Of a DNA stretch of 64,000 bases, positions 47,452 through 57,850 are shown one piece after another. This stretch comes from an uncultured Chlamydiae bacterium (GTDB taxonomy: Bacteria; Chlamydiota; Chlamydiia; Chlamydiales; SM23-39). Below the pieces are notes generated by a model. The model saw only the letters and a list, made by a program, of their open reading frames with translations, was not told the origin of the DNA and ran no database searches. The DNA lies in the NCBI GenBank assembly GCA_963730605.1, contig CAVSSM010000002.1, positions 32,001 through 96,000 on the forward strand. The letters are read 5' to 3'. Numbering within the stretch: the stretch's first letter is position 1; every line of letters starts with the position of its first letter. The position numbers and the translations under genes are program-made.

Positions 47452-49317
47452 TTTCGATTGCTGCTCTTTGTCCCTTTCGCACTTGTATACTGCTCGCAGG
47501 GCAGTATAGCCTCGATGCTCTCCGACGCCGAGTCGATTGGGCAAAAATATGCCCGCGAAGTCGCAAAACGGCCCCCTCCCTCCCTTGCCCCTAAAGTCCA
47601 ACCCCTCCTCGCAGCAACATCCACTTGGCTCTCCCTTGACTTGAAGACTTTGACAGCTCAACCCGGGAAGACGGTGCTCGAAACCCTGGGAAATGAGACT
47701 TTTTGGCAAATCTTGCAAGATCTGGGGATCAATGGAGTTTGGCTGCAGAACCTAAAAGGAGGAACGCGCACCGGCTTTGAAATCGACCCGAAGTGGGGCT
47801 GGGGGTGGCCCGCAATCAAAGATGCGGCTCTATCGCGCGGGACAGTGCTCATCGGCGAATGTGTAGGAGCTGCGACAAGCCCTGGTCTCGATTTCGCACT
47901 CGCCTTGCAAAACGTAGGTCAATATGCGGAAATGTATCATTTGATCGAGATCGATAAAAAGGACTTTCACCTCCTTCCGAAAGTGCCTGTTGGGATGTGC
48001 TTTGCCAATGTGTCTTGGCTGCAACTGGAGAGCTTGTATAAAAAAGGATACGTCCCCGAGGCGGCCCGCTCTTATACCAAGGAAAGCTCCTGGAATGCGA
48101 CGCCCTCAATCCAGGGCTTGGACGGCTGCGTAAGGCGTTGGATCTATCTAAAAGAAAACCAAAACGATCCCGTCCTCGCTTGGCTCTCACCCTCCTTTGC
48201 CGCAGAGAAGATCGCCTCGGCCGATGCGCTGGATTCTATCTACCGGCTCGGCCAAAAAGTGTTAATGATCGATGAGAAAATACCCATTTTCGCCAAGGAG
48301 ACCGCGGCTCTTTGGATCCGGAAAATCGGCGGCTTTACGGTCGCCTCTACAAACGGCACGCTTGGCGATCTGAAAACCGCCCCCACCGATATGGTTGTCG
48401 ACACTCCGACCCAAGCCGCTCTTTTGCATGCGCTGATCGCTGAGGATGCGGAAGCCTTGCGGCTTATCTATAAGCTCTACAGCCAAGATGGGATCGCCCT
48501 CTCCCGGCTCGTGCATGCCTTGGAGCCTTTCGACCGCTTCCCTTGCGACTGGACCGAATTTCTCCTGAATCCGAAAAAGCAGTATCTCTACCGTGAAGAA
48601 AAGATCACCGGCGAGCTGCTCGTTGACCGACTCTTAAGAGAGGATGTTTATAAGCTCAATGGTTTTAGCCCAAATTCGTTCCCCTCGACATGGGCTCACG
48701 CCTGCGCCCTTGCATTTGGGGTTGCAGATCCCAAAGATTTCCAAAAAAAACAACACGAAATTCAAAAAGCCCACCTTCTTTTGGCATTCACCTATGCGAT
48801 GCAGCCCGGTGTTTTTTGTTTCAGCGGATCTGACCTTGTGGGCGCATTGCCAGAGGGAGCGAATCTCCTTGGGGCCCCCAAAGAAGCATCTTCTTTGGGG
48901 AAAAAGGCGCAAATCGATCTCTTCGGACCCAATCGAAACGCCCTCTATCCGAGCCTTCCCTGCCAGATGCAAAGTCCCAAAACATTCGCCTCTGAGCTGA
49001 AAAAAATCCTCGCTGTAAGAGCCTCCAGCAAGATCGCGGCGGGCGAGCTTCTCGAAGTTTGCCCTGTCGATCACTCTGGAACGCTGCTCCTCCTTCACCG
49101 TCTGCCGGAGAGCCGTTTTTTTCATCTTCTCGCGGTGAATTTCAGCCGCTCCCCGGTGCAGGAAAAAATCAAGCTTTCAGGGCTGGAAGATACTTGGGCC
49201 ATCGACCTCATGTCGGGCTTATCCGCTCCAAAGGGGTTCGAGTCCGGCGTCTTCTTTTTCGATCTGCCTCCGCTCACTGGCAAAGTTTTTCTCTTTCAGC
49301 CAAAATACTATGATTGA
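47449..49317 (+). CDS. Divergent trehalose synthase-like (P. stutzeri-type TreS, GH13) protein with signal-like N-terminus
   Basis: VLETLGNETFWQILQDLGI, YHLIEI..DFHLLPKVP, GLDGCVRRWIYL, WLSPSFAA, AMQPGVFCFSGSDLVGALP resemble recalled TreS motifs. Confidence 0.65.
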   Translation: MFRLLLFVPFALVYCSQGSIASMLSDAESIGQKYAREVAKRPPPSLAPKVQPLLAATSTWLSLDLKTLTAQPGKTVLETLGNETFWQILQDLGINGVWLQNLKGGTRTGFEIDPKWGWGWPAIKDAALSRGTVLIGECVGAATSPGLDFALALQNVGQYAEMYHLIEIDKKDFHLLPKVPVGMCFANVSWLQLESLYKKGYVPEAARSYTKESSWNATPSIQGLDGCVRRWIYLKENQNDPVLAWLSPSFAAEKIASADALDSIYRLGQKVLMIDEKIPIFAKETAALWIRKIGGFTVASTNGTLGDLKTAPTDMVVDTPTQAALLHALIAEDAEALRLIYKLYSQDGIALSRLVHALEPFDRFPCDWTEFLLNPKKQYLYREEKITGELLVDRLLREDVYKLNGFSPNSFPSTWAHACALAFGVADPKDFQKKQHEIQKAHLLLAFTYAMQPGVFCFSGSDLVGALPEGANLLGAPKEASSLGKKAQIDLFGPNRNALYPSLPCQMQSPKTFASELKKILAVRASSKIAAGELLEVCPVDHSGTLLLLHRLPESRFFHLLAVNFSRSPVQEKIKLSGLEDTWAIDLMSGLSAPKGFESGVFFFDLPPLTGKVFLFQPKYYD

Positions 49318-50210
49318 TGAAACTTGCCGTTGTATGCGCGTCGGGAATCGGCGATGCCCTCATTTTCCAATTGGTTACCCACGCCGCAACTCTCAGAGGT
49401 TGGGATGCGACGACATTCAGCAACTCTCTTGCCAGCTTCGGCAGATGGCTCCCTCCAGGCTCTCTTTATAGAGCGCAGCCCCCAGTTGAAAAAATCGAAG
49501 AGCATTTCGCCTCCTTCGATGCGATTTTTCTGCAACATGACAATAGCCCTAAGGCCTTTGCGATCAAAAAGCTTAAGATCCCCGTTTATTCTTTTTATGG
49601 AGCCCATCTTCCCTCAAAACACGGCCTCTTTGACAAAAAGCGAGACTATGTAGCGATGCGCAATCAGACGATGGTCGACAATGTCAGGACCGCTGCATGG
49701 CAATTCTTCAATATCTCGGCAGAAGGAAATGGATTTAGCCCCCCTTTTGGCCTGGTCCACAGGCGGGCGTCCCGCCGGATTGCCATCCACCCGACCGCCT
49801 CATCGCTTGATAAAATGTGGCCCAAGGAGAAGTTCTTGTGGGTGGCCGACCGATTGAAAAGGGACGGGTACGAGCCTGTTTTTACCGTGGAGAGAGAGCA
49901 GGGGACAAAGTGGGGCGGGCCCCTACTTCACAGCCTTGAAGATTTAGCGTCATTTATTTACGAATCGGGCGCCTTTCTCGGCAATGACTCTGGACCCGGA
50001 CACCTCGCCTCCCTTCTGAAAATCCCCCATCTCATCATCGCCGGAAATGGCCTCCAAATGCCCTTATGGAGAACGGGTTGGCATCCGGGAGCAAGTCTCA
50101 CTCCGCCAAAGTGGCTAATGAGGTTCAAGCCTTTGCGCAAACGCTGGGATTTTTTTATTTCAAAAAATAATGTTATTAAAAATTTTAAAAAGAACGCCTT
50201 GACGAATTAA
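49314..50210 (+). CDS. Glycosyltransferase family 9 (heptosyltransferase-like)
   Basis: GIGDAL, IHPTAS..KMWP, FLGNDSGPGHLA. Confidence 0.85.
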   Translation: MMKLAVVCASGIGDALIFQLVTHAATLRGWDATTFSNSLASFGRWLPPGSLYRAQPPVEKIEEHFASFDAIFLQHDNSPKAFAIKKLKIPVYSFYGAHLPSKHGLFDKKRDYVAMRNQTMVDNVRTAAWQFFNISAEGNGFSPPFGLVHRRASRRIAIHPTASSLDKMWPKEKFLWVADRLKRDGYEPVFTVEREQGTKWGGPLLHSLEDLASFIYESGAFLGNDSGPGHLASLLKIPHLIIAGNGLQMPLWRTGWHPGASLTPPKWLMRFKPLRKRWDFFISKNNVIKNFKKNALTN

Positions 50211-50259
50211 CTGCTATTAAATCTTGAATTTAGTAATATTAGAACAGGAGAGATGTGTT

Positions 50260-50550
50260 ATGAAAGACTTGCCCCATCACATGAAGAAACTGAACCGCCG
50301 GGTCATCCGTTCAAGCCTTAGGGAATCGGCAGAAGAAATGCCTGGACTGCCCCCTTTCCAGAAATCCGAGGAAGAGGAGAGGAAGATGGAAAAGCGGAAG
50401 ATGCGGAACTTGACTACCAGCCGCACGCCGATCCATGATACGCCCGATGAGAGGAATTGGAAAATGAAAGAGCGGGTTCCCATCTTTGACCGGAATAATG
50501 CCGTGCCCAAAAGAGCCCGGCCGACAAAGAAAAAAACTCCGAGAATCTAA
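50260..50550 (+). CDS. Small basic chlamydial hypothetical protein
   Basis: AGGAG RBS, MKDLPHHMKKLNRRV...; directly upstream of the phosphoesterase gene. Confidence 0.65.
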   Translation: MKDLPHHMKKLNRRVIRSSLRESAEEMPGLPPFQKSEEEERKMEKRKMRNLTTSRTPIHDTPDERNWKMKERVPIFDRNNAVPKRARPTKKKTPRI

Positions 50551-50554
50551 GGAA

Positions 50555-51427
50555 ATGAGAATCGCGCAAGTTTCAGATTTCCATTTTACCCACATCACCT
50601 GGAATCCGCTGCGTCTCTTTTCGAAACGGCTCTTCGGCAATCTCAATTGGCTCATTGCTAGACGCGCTATCTATGCGCACCAGCAGCTCGAGCCTCTGCC
50701 AAAGCTCTTTCGGGAGCTGAAGGTCGATTATGTCTTACTGGGCGGCGATTTTACGACAACTGCCCTTACCGAGGAATATGAAAGCGCCAAGAATTTCGTC
50801 TCGAAACTCTCCCAAGATTGGATCGCGATCCCGGGCAACCACGACCATTACACTTACAGGAGCCATCGTCAGAAACATTTCTACCGTTATTTTTCGAACA
50901 AGCGAGAAGAGATTTCTCATCCCGTCGATTTCTTTACTCTCAAAGACCACGGGGCCGAAGCCCAGAAGATCGGTCCCGGCTGGTGGGTTCTTGCCCTCGA
51001 TACGGCCCGGGCTACCAACCCTTATTCATCGCAAGGGCTTTTCTCTGAAAAACTCCAAGAGACTGCTGCTGAAATCCTCGCCCTTCTTCCTCCTTCCGAT
51101 TCTGTGATTTGCTTCAACCATTACCCTTTTTTCCCGCAAGACGAGGCGCGCCGCAACCTGGTTCGGGGATCTGCCTTGCAAGAACTCTTGCAAAAGTCTC
51201 CTCAAATCCGCCTGTATCTCAATGGCCATACCCACCGCCATGCGATCGCAGACCTTCAGCCTAACCATTTGCCAATCCTTCTCGACAGCGGCTGCTGCGT
51301 CCAGGGCTTTGAGGGAACCTGGAATTTAATTGACCTTTTACCCGATCATTGTTTTGTTACGGCATTCCGATGGAACAACCGGTGGGAACCGTTTCGAAAC
51401 GAGAAGATGGAATGGCGGAAGACATAG
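50555..51427 (+). CDS. Metallophosphoesterase (Icc/CpdA-like)
   Basis: SDFH, GGDF, PGNHD, NHYP, NGHTH. Confidence 0.9.
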   Translation: MRIAQVSDFHFTHITWNPLRLFSKRLFGNLNWLIARRAIYAHQQLEPLPKLFRELKVDYVLLGGDFTTTALTEEYESAKNFVSKLSQDWIAIPGNHDHYTYRSHRQKHFYRYFSNKREEISHPVDFFTLKDHGAEAQKIGPGWWVLALDTARATNPYSSQGLFSEKLQETAAEILALLPPSDSVICFNHYPFFPQDEARRNLVRGSALQELLQKSPQIRLYLNGHTHRHAIADLQPNHLPILLDSGCCVQGFEGTWNLIDLLPDHCFVTAFRWNNRWEPFRNEKMEWRKT

Positions 51428-51864
51428 ATCAACCCTGGTTTTCTCAAGGGTTGCGGTTCAAATGCACGGGATGCGGCAAATGCTGCACCGGATCGCCGGG
51501 CTACGTCTTTCTCTCGCCTGCCGATTTACACCGCCTGGCCAATCACTTCACACTCTCGTCTGAAGAGTTCGCCGCGAATTATACCTATAAGGTCGACGAT
51601 AAAATCTCACTCATCGACCGCCCTGGCACTTCAGAATGCATCTTTTTGAAAGAGAATCAATGCTCGGTTTACGAGGCCCGGCCGACCCAATGCCGCACGT
51701 ATCCTTGGTGGATCCATCACCTCCAAACACGCCAAGACTGGGAAGAGGCAGGAAAACGATGCGAAGGGATCGAACATCCGGACGCCCCCGTCGTCCCCTC
51801 TCTACACATCCAAGAGCAGTGCCTTACTTATCTCGACAATCTCCTCGAGCAAAATTTTTCGTAA
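51412..51864 (+). CDS. YkgJ-family cysteine-cluster protein
   Basis: FKCTGCGKCC, CIFL, CSVYEARPTQCRTYPWW, CEGI. Confidence 0.88.
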   Translation: MAEDIDQPWFSQGLRFKCTGCGKCCTGSPGYVFLSPADLHRLANHFTLSSEEFAANYTYKVDDKISLIDRPGTSECIFLKENQCSVYEARPTQCRTYPWWIHHLQTRQDWEEAGKRCEGIEHPDAPVVPSLHIQEQCLTYLDNLLEQNFS

Positions 51865-51893
51865 GATTTCCGGTTATTTGTTAGGATGGATCC

Positions 51894-53600
51894 ATGGCAG
51901 CAAAACTGGCTCCGGAAGTTCTTGTCAGAGTGAAAGCATGGATGGAAGGTCCATTCGATGATGAGACGAAAGCCGAGATCCGCCGGCTGATGGCCCAAGA
52001 TCCGCAAGAGCTGTCCAGCGCTTTTTTCAAAGACCTCTCGTTCGGCACTGGCGGCATGCGGGGGCTGATGGGGATCGGCACCAATCGGATGAACGTTTAT
52101 ACCGTCCGGACCGCAACGCAGGGCCTCGCTGATTACCTCAACATCCAGCCGCAACCTGAAAATGGCCACTTTGTTTTCATCGGCTACGATGTCAGGGAAA
52201 ATTCAAAAGTCTTTGCCGAAGAAGCGGCCTCCGTTTTGGCAGGAAACGAGATCCGCGTCTTCATTTCGAGAGAAATCTGCCCCACTCCCCTCGCCTCATT
52301 TGCCTGCCGCTTTTTGGAATGCAGCGCCGCGATCGTGATTACCGCTTCCCATAACCCTCCGCAATATAATGGCTACAAAGTCTATTGGAGCGATGGCGGC
52401 CAAGTCGTGCCTCCCCATGATAAAGGGATTATGGAAAAGGTGCATCAGGTCAAACAGATCCTGTCCGTTTCGATCGATTCGCCTCTCGTCCATTGGTCTG
52501 GCCGAGAAATCGATGACGCCTATTTCAAGGAACTGAAAAAACTCCAGTTATTCCCAAAGGGGCCCCATTCTTTGAAAATCGTCTATACGAACTTGCACGG
52601 GACCGGAATCCGGATCGTCCCAAAAGCGCTGGAAGAGTGGGGGTTCGAGACTCCCGAGCTCGTCGAGGCCCAAGCGGCGCCTGATGGAAAATTCACGAAC
52701 GCCCCGTCGCCAAATCCCGAAGAAGAAAAGGCGCTTGAACTGGGGACGCGCCAGTTACTACACTCTTCAGCCGACATCCTTCTTGCCACAGATCCCGATG
52801 CCGACCGGATAGGGGTCGTCGCGCGGGATGGCAACAAAGCCTACAGGCTGACTGGCAATCAGTTCGCCTGCCTTTGTCTGGCACACATCTGTGCCTCTTT
52901 AACCGAAAGAGGAGAATTCCCGGAAAACGCCGGCTTCATCAAAACCATCGTCACAACCGAACTCTTCAAAAAAATCGCCGAAGAGTTTGGCGGCGCTTGC
53001 ATCGATGTCTTGACCGGGTTCAAATATATCGCTGAGATGATCCGCCTTTGGGAAAATAGCTTCGGCGGGCTTCAATACATTTTCGGCGCAGAAGAATCGT
53101 ATGGCTGCCTCTTTGGCACTTTCGTCCGGGACAAGGATTCCATCTCCGCCTGCTGCCTCATTTCCGAGGTCGCATCGATGGCAAAAAAAAGGGGGCAAAC
53201 CCTTGTAGACGGGCTCTATGCGATCTATAAAAAATATGGGATCCATCGCGAATCGCTGACCAATCTGGCTTTCAAAGACACGCAAGATAGCCTCAAGAAA
53301 ATCGATAGCCTGATGCAAAAACTCCGTAAACGCCCTCCGTCCCAAATTGGAGGGGTGTCAGTCTCGTCCCTCGAAGATTTTTCCGACGGCTCCATGCCGC
53401 TTCCCAAATCGGACGTCCTCCGTTTTTGGCTCTCCGATGGATCAAAGCTCGTGATCCGCCCTTCGGGAACCGAGCCCAAGATTAAAATCTACGCAGAGGT
53501 CAAAGCGAAAGCGGGACATCAAATGGAATCTGACATCCAGCAATGCGATAAAAGGTTGAACCGTTTAGTCAAAGCCTTCCAGGCCGAATGCCTCGATTAG
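51894..53600 (+). CDS. pgm: Phosphoglucomutase/phosphomannomutase
   Basis: FGTGGMRG, ITASHNP, TDPDADR, GAEESYG, IRPSGTEPKIK. Confidence 0.93.
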   Translation: MAAKLAPEVLVRVKAWMEGPFDDETKAEIRRLMAQDPQELSSAFFKDLSFGTGGMRGLMGIGTNRMNVYTVRTATQGLADYLNIQPQPENGHFVFIGYDVRENSKVFAEEAASVLAGNEIRVFISREICPTPLASFACRFLECSAAIVITASHNPPQYNGYKVYWSDGGQVVPPHDKGIMEKVHQVKQILSVSIDSPLVHWSGREIDDAYFKELKKLQLFPKGPHSLKIVYTNLHGTGIRIVPKALEEWGFETPELVEAQAAPDGKFTNAPSPNPEEEKALELGTRQLLHSSADILLATDPDADRIGVVARDGNKAYRLTGNQFACLCLAHICASLTERGEFPENAGFIKTIVTTELFKKIAEEFGGACIDVLTGFKYIAEMIRLWENSFGGLQYIFGAEESYGCLFGTFVRDKDSISACCLISEVASMAKKRGQTLVDGLYAIYKKYGIHRESLTNLAFKDTQDSLKKIDSLMQKLRKRPPSQIGGVSVSSLEDFSDGSMPLPKSDVLRFWLSDGSKLVIRPSGTEPKIKIYAEVKAKAGHQMESDIQQCDKRLNRLVKAFQAECLD

Positions 53601-54352
53601 CCCTTGTGACAGGAGCGACCTCTGGGTTAGGCAAAGAGCTTTGTGAGATCTTGTCGGAACAAAAAATTCCCCTATTCCTTACAGGTCGCGATGTTAAGCT
53701 TCTTCAAGAGGCAGCTGACCGATACAATGCTGGCGCGATGCCTCTCGATTTACGCTCTTCCAGAGAGCCGCTCCTCCAGTGGATCCGCGATGAGGCGCCA
53801 GACCTTGTCATCAACAATGCCGGCTTTGCCCTGTACGGCCCCGTCATCATGCATACGACTCAATCCCAGATGGACATTTTAGAGGTAAACGGCGCCGCTG
53901 CCATTGAAATAACGATTGAAGCCGCCCGCTCGCTCTATCGCCAAAAAAAAGAGGGGGTAATTATGAATATTTCTTCCGCGGCAGGAGTTAATCCATTTCC
54001 TACTATGGCCATATATGCGGCGGCAAAAAGCCTCCTCACCTCTTTTTCCAAAAGTTTCGATACGGAAATGAAATCCTATGGCATCCGGATCCTCGCGGCG
54101 CTCCCCGGTCAAATTGCGACTCCTTTTGCAAAGCGAGCCTCAAACGGGCTTTTTACCCAACGCCCCTCTTGGATTACGCTGGAGCCGCGCCGAGCGGCTG
54201 AAAAAATTTGGAAGCAGATCCAGGCCAAGAAAGGGGAACAAGTCATTGATTTTCGCACGAGAGCTTTACTTGCCATCGCCAAGCTCATGCCCCGCGCCCT
54301 AATAGAAGCTCTCCTTGAAAAAAACATCTCGAATCGTTATACTCGTTTTTGA
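53588..54352 (+). CDS. Short-chain dehydrogenase/reductase
   Basis: TGATSGLG, INNAG, SS, YAAAK. Confidence 0.92.
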   Translation: MPRLALVTGATSGLGKELCEILSEQKIPLFLTGRDVKLLQEAADRYNAGAMPLDLRSSREPLLQWIRDEAPDLVINNAGFALYGPVIMHTTQSQMDILEVNGAAAIEITIEAARSLYRQKKEGVIMNISSAAGVNPFPTMAIYAAAKSLLTSFSKSFDTEMKSYGIRILAALPGQIATPFAKRASNGLFTQRPSWITLEPRRAAEKIWKQIQAKKGEQVIDFRTRALLAIAKLMPRALIEALLEKNISNRYTRF

Positions 54353-54441
54353 CTCATACCTGAAGGTTCTCTTTCGCGACCACTTCCCCCTCTCATCTTA
54401 TTGTTTTCCGTTGCGTTTCTCTCGAAAAGCCAGAAGAACTG

Positions 54442-54897
54442 GTGCACGAATGTCAAATTCTCTGCCAAAATGCCCGATACAAAAGACACACAAAAGTAGA
54501 AAAAGCTCCCTTTAAAGCCGATTGTCTCACATCAATTCATTACCTTTTCCGCAACAAGGTCGACATAATGATTGACTGGATCGGTAATATGCCCCGTTAC
54601 CTATCGCAGCAAAGAACTTGGAAGTGTCTTCAAATCCCCGTCCAAGAATTAAAATCCGGTGATCTTCTCTTCTTAAAACACAAAAAAAGCTCCCGGCTAA
54701 TCACCCATGTAGCAATGGTGCTAGGGCCTGATGAGATTTTCCATTGTTCGCAAGACAAAAATGGAGCGTTGATCGAGAAAATCAGCGAAGTCTTCTCCCG
54801 TTATGCCCAGCCGATCGATGTGAAGGCGATGCTCTCCTACGTCGATCCGCGGACGAGCCGCGAGGTTCAAGAAAACGAAATGAGCTCAATACTCTGA
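54442..54897 (+). CDS. NlpC/P60-family protein
   Basis: ADCLT (Cys), LKSGDLLF, HVAM, FHCS; start uncertain. Confidence 0.75.
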   Translation: MHECQILCQNARYKRHTKVEKAPFKADCLTSIHYLFRNKVDIMIDWIGNMPRYLSQQRTWKCLQIPVQELKSGDLLFLKHKKSSRLITHVAMVLGPDEIFHCSQDKNGALIEKISEVFSRYAQPIDVKAMLSYVDPRTSREVQENEMSSIL

Positions 54898-54902
54898 AGC
54901 AG

Positions 54903-55418
54903 TCAAACCTTCACGGTGCTTTCAGCCAATTCTCTATTTGTTGCTTTCATCAGAGTTCCAGCTGAATATCGATGTGTTACAGCCAACCCGAAACCAGCCA
55001 CCAATCCTAAAGTTGCAATGTATGCTAAATGATCACTGAGCAGATTGCCTGTGGCCAATGCATGCATCTCTAGAACAGTTGAGAGCATTGAACAAGCCCC
55101 TGTTCCAAGCTTGATATTTCGAGCATTATCAGTATAATTCTTAATATTCGTATAGATTCGCTTTTGAACGCCCAAGTCAGATGTTTCGGATGCATTGTTT
55201 GCAACGGTGTTTTCTAATCGAGCAAGGCGAGATTGTAGGCGATCGCTTTTCAGCTGATCTGCACACGCATCTCCAAAAAATAATCCCACAGTTAACCATC
55301 CTAGCACCCTATATGCGAGACGAGGTAAATCCTTTTCGACAGGATCTGTGTCATAGCGAATAGCCCAAACTAAATCTTGTGTTTCTCTTGAAATTGAATT
55401 ATTTGTTTGTACAACCAT
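54903..55418 (-). CDS. Hypothetical membrane protein, Inc-like
   Basis: 171 aa, AT-rich, with two to three hydrophobic segments. Confidence 0.6.
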   Translation of the reverse strand: MVVQTNNSISRETQDLVWAIRYDTDPVEKDLPRLAYRVLGWLTVGLFFGDACADQLKSDRLQSRLARLENTVANNASETSDLGVQKRIYTNIKNYTDNARNIKLGTGACSMLSTVLEMHALATGNLLSDHLAYIATLGLVAGFGLAVTHRYSAGTLMKATNRELAESTVKV

Positions 55419-55635
55419 ACTTTCCTATTATTTCGTTATAAAATCTTTAGGTATTATGAATGAATTTGGTTTTTTTTGCAAGAAAAAACGGACCCAAATT
55501 GCCATCCCGTTCGATCTCTGAGTCATCTCTCTGATCTAGACTCACTTACAAAAAAATCCCACCAAGCTTTAAAATTTTTCTGTAAGATTTTTTGGGCAGA
55601 GGGGCACGGGCAAGGAATTGTGGTATGCAAAATGT

Positions 55636-57741
55636 CTAATCCTTCTTCGGGTACTTGACTCGGACGTGATGGGTAATGAGGATCGTTTTGATGAGGACCT
55701 TTTTCACCCGGCTGAACTCCTCGAAGGTCAGTTGACATTCATCGAACTGCCCGTCTTCGGCCTTCTCTTCGATGAGGCGATCGATTGCTTCGGTGACTGT
55801 CTTTTCGCTAAATTCTTCCATCGAGCGCGATGCCGCCTCGATGCTGTCGCAAATCATGATGATCGCCGATTCTTTCGTGCGGGGCTTGGGGCCGGGATAG
55901 CGGAATAGCGACTCGTCGACCTCTTCTTTTTTTCCTCCCTTCAACTCCAGTTGCTTGCGGTAGAAGTAATAGACGAGGGTCGTTCCATGATGTTCGCGGA
56001 TGATGTCGATGAAAGGCTCCGGCACATGGTATTTCCGAGCTATCGCAACTCCGTCCGCCACGTGAGAAACGATCACTTGGGCCGATTCGAGCGGAGTGAG
56101 AAGCTGATGGATATTGACTGGCCCCTGCTGGTTTTCCGTATAGAACTGCGGATTATTCATCTTGCCGATATCGTGATAAAGAGTCGCCGCCCGGCAAAAG
56201 AGACCGTTGGCCCCGATGGCTGAAGCGCAAGTCTCGGCAAGGTTTCCCAGGACGAGCGAATGCTGGTATGTGCCCGGCACTTCCATCGCAAAACGGCTCA
56301 AAAGTTCGCTGCTCGGATCCATGTATTCCATAAGGGTCATATCAGTCAAAACCCCAAACAGCGACTCGAGGATCGGCAATAGTCCAACAACGAGGACGGC
56401 GGTCGTGAAGAGAAATGAGAAAGAGCCGATGACATCAATCGCAAACGAATAGCTGATCCAATGATTTTCGCTCAGGACATATGCATAGAGGACCAAGACG
56501 GAACTGAGCCACGATTTGGCGCATACGGAAAACACCTCCTTTCTCCTTCTGATGCTTCGGGAGGTGATGATCACGACGATCGATGTGACGAGGTTCAATA
56601 CGAGGAAGCGGCTGTGGTCGATGGCGAGACTTACCGACAAGATGATGGAAAGGAATGTCGCGGCAAAAAGGGCCGTCCTAGGAGAAAGAAGGATGCAGAT
56701 CAAAAGGGTTGCGAAAGGGGCGACGATGGGGTACCGGACTGCTTGAACCGCGCTCGATGTGCTCTTGATCAAAAGATACTCGGTCAATTTTGCGAAAAGA
56801 AGCGTCAAGAGGACGATACAGACAAAGAGGGAAATTTGCTGCAGCGATCGGATAAAAGTTGGCTGGCTGATGCGAAAATAGAGGGCGCTGATGACCACAA
56901 AAATCAAAGAGAGGAAGAGGCTGGAGATCATCGTCAAGGGATCCCAGAGGCGGCGGCTTTCAGAGATCGCCTGCTTCATCGCCTGCATCATCGTTATATG
57001 GCGGGATGTGATCCGATCGCCGGGATCAAGAATGCGCGCGCCCGAGTAGACTTTTGTCATCTTATCGGGGATGAGCCGGCTGGCAAGGTTCCGAATCGAG
57101 TGCTCGAGAGCCGAATCTTCGATCAGCTCCCAATGCTTGGAGCGGAAATAATTCGCCACATAGCGGATCGCTTCCGGATGAAAGGCATTCTCCCTTTCCA
57201 TCTGCAAAGAAAAGTGTTCCCAAAATTCTGGAGGGATGCCCAACTTTCCGTTTTCAAGGACGAGTTCATAATAGCTCGAATCGGTCGCTTTGAGCTCCTT
57301 GATCTTCTGAATCGTCCTAAGGTCTGTGAAACGGCACTCGAGCAGCACCGTTTCCATTTCGTCCGCAGTTTTGTACATCTCTTCGAATGTGCTGGCTGGC
57401 GCTTCAGTGCGCCAATTCTTGTTATGAATCAGCGAATCTTCAAGTTGATAGCGCACCTCCCTGATCTCTTTGTCGTCGATTTGATAGATTTTTCCGATAT
57501 CCTGCATCGCCTGTTGTTTCAGGATGATCGTCGTCTCATAATCAGGAAATTCGAAATCGACTTGCGCGATGACATAACGGCCGGCCAAGGCATTAAGCTC
57601 CAAGACCTCTAGCCTCACCTCGCGGAAATGGAGAAAAAAAGCCAAGCAGAGTGCGCAAATGGCGCCGACAATGATCCGCCAGCAGCGATTGTTCTTTGCC
57701 AGCCAGTCACGCCATCCCTCGCGAATGCGGTCTTCTCTCAT
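55636..57741 (-). CDS. 7TM-HD (HDIG) phosphohydrolase, PgpH-like
   Basis: Extracytoplasmic domain, multiple TMs, PGTYQHS, YHDIGK, EHHGT, YPGPKP, DSIEAASRS; start at MREDRI. Confidence 0.9.
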   Translation of the reverse strand: MREDRIREGWRDWLAKNNRCWRIIVGAICALCLAFFLHFREVRLEVLELNALAGRYVIAQVDFEFPDYETTIILKQQAMQDIGKIYQIDDKEIREVRYQLEDSLIHNKNWRTEAPASTFEEMYKTADEMETVLLECRFTDLRTIQKIKELKATDSSYYELVLENGKLGIPPEFWEHFSLQMERENAFHPEAIRYVANYFRSKHWELIEDSALEHSIRNLASRLIPDKMTKVYSGARILDPGDRITSRHITMMQAMKQAISESRRLWDPLTMISSLFLSLIFVVISALYFRISQPTFIRSLQQISLFVCIVLLTLLFAKLTEYLLIKSTSSAVQAVRYPIVAPFATLLICILLSPRTALFAATFLSIILSVSLAIDHSRFLVLNLVTSIVVIITSRSIRRRKEVFSVCAKSWLSSVLVLYAYVLSENHWISYSFAIDVIGSFSFLFTTAVLVVGLLPILESLFGVLTDMTLMEYMDPSSELLSRFAMEVPGTYQHSLVLGNLAETCASAIGANGLFCRAATLYHDIGKMNNPQFYTENQQGPVNIHQLLTPLESAQVIVSHVADGVAIARKYHVPEPFIDIIREHHGTTLVYYFYRKQLELKGGKKEEVDESLFRYPGPKPRTKESAIIMICDSIEAASRSMEEFSEKTVTEAIDRLIEEKAEDGQFDECQLTFEEFSRVKKVLIKTILITHHVRVKYPKKD

Positions 57742-57794
57742 AAGGATCAGTTTATCAGAAGAGCTTATTACCAACCTTAAATTGCTAACCCCGA

Positions 57795-57824
57795 TTGCAC
57801 TCTTTCCCCGAATTTGTGTATAAT
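57795..57824 (+). promoter_or_regulatory. Possible sigma70-type promoter for dnaX
   Basis: TTGCAC, 18-bp spacer, TATAAT. Confidence 0.45.
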
Positions 57825-57850
57825 GAGGACGTTTGAATTTAAGCGACTGA

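Noticed and set aside
54349..54441. Stop read-through extending the NlpC/P60 gene from TTG 54349
   Set aside because: A single in-frame TGA at 54361 with no recoding signal visible; cannot be distinguished from a GTG start at 54442 without homologue alignment.
56461..57612. 383-aa plus-strand ORF
   Set aside because: Antisense shadow of the 7TM-HD gene with no recognisable motifs.
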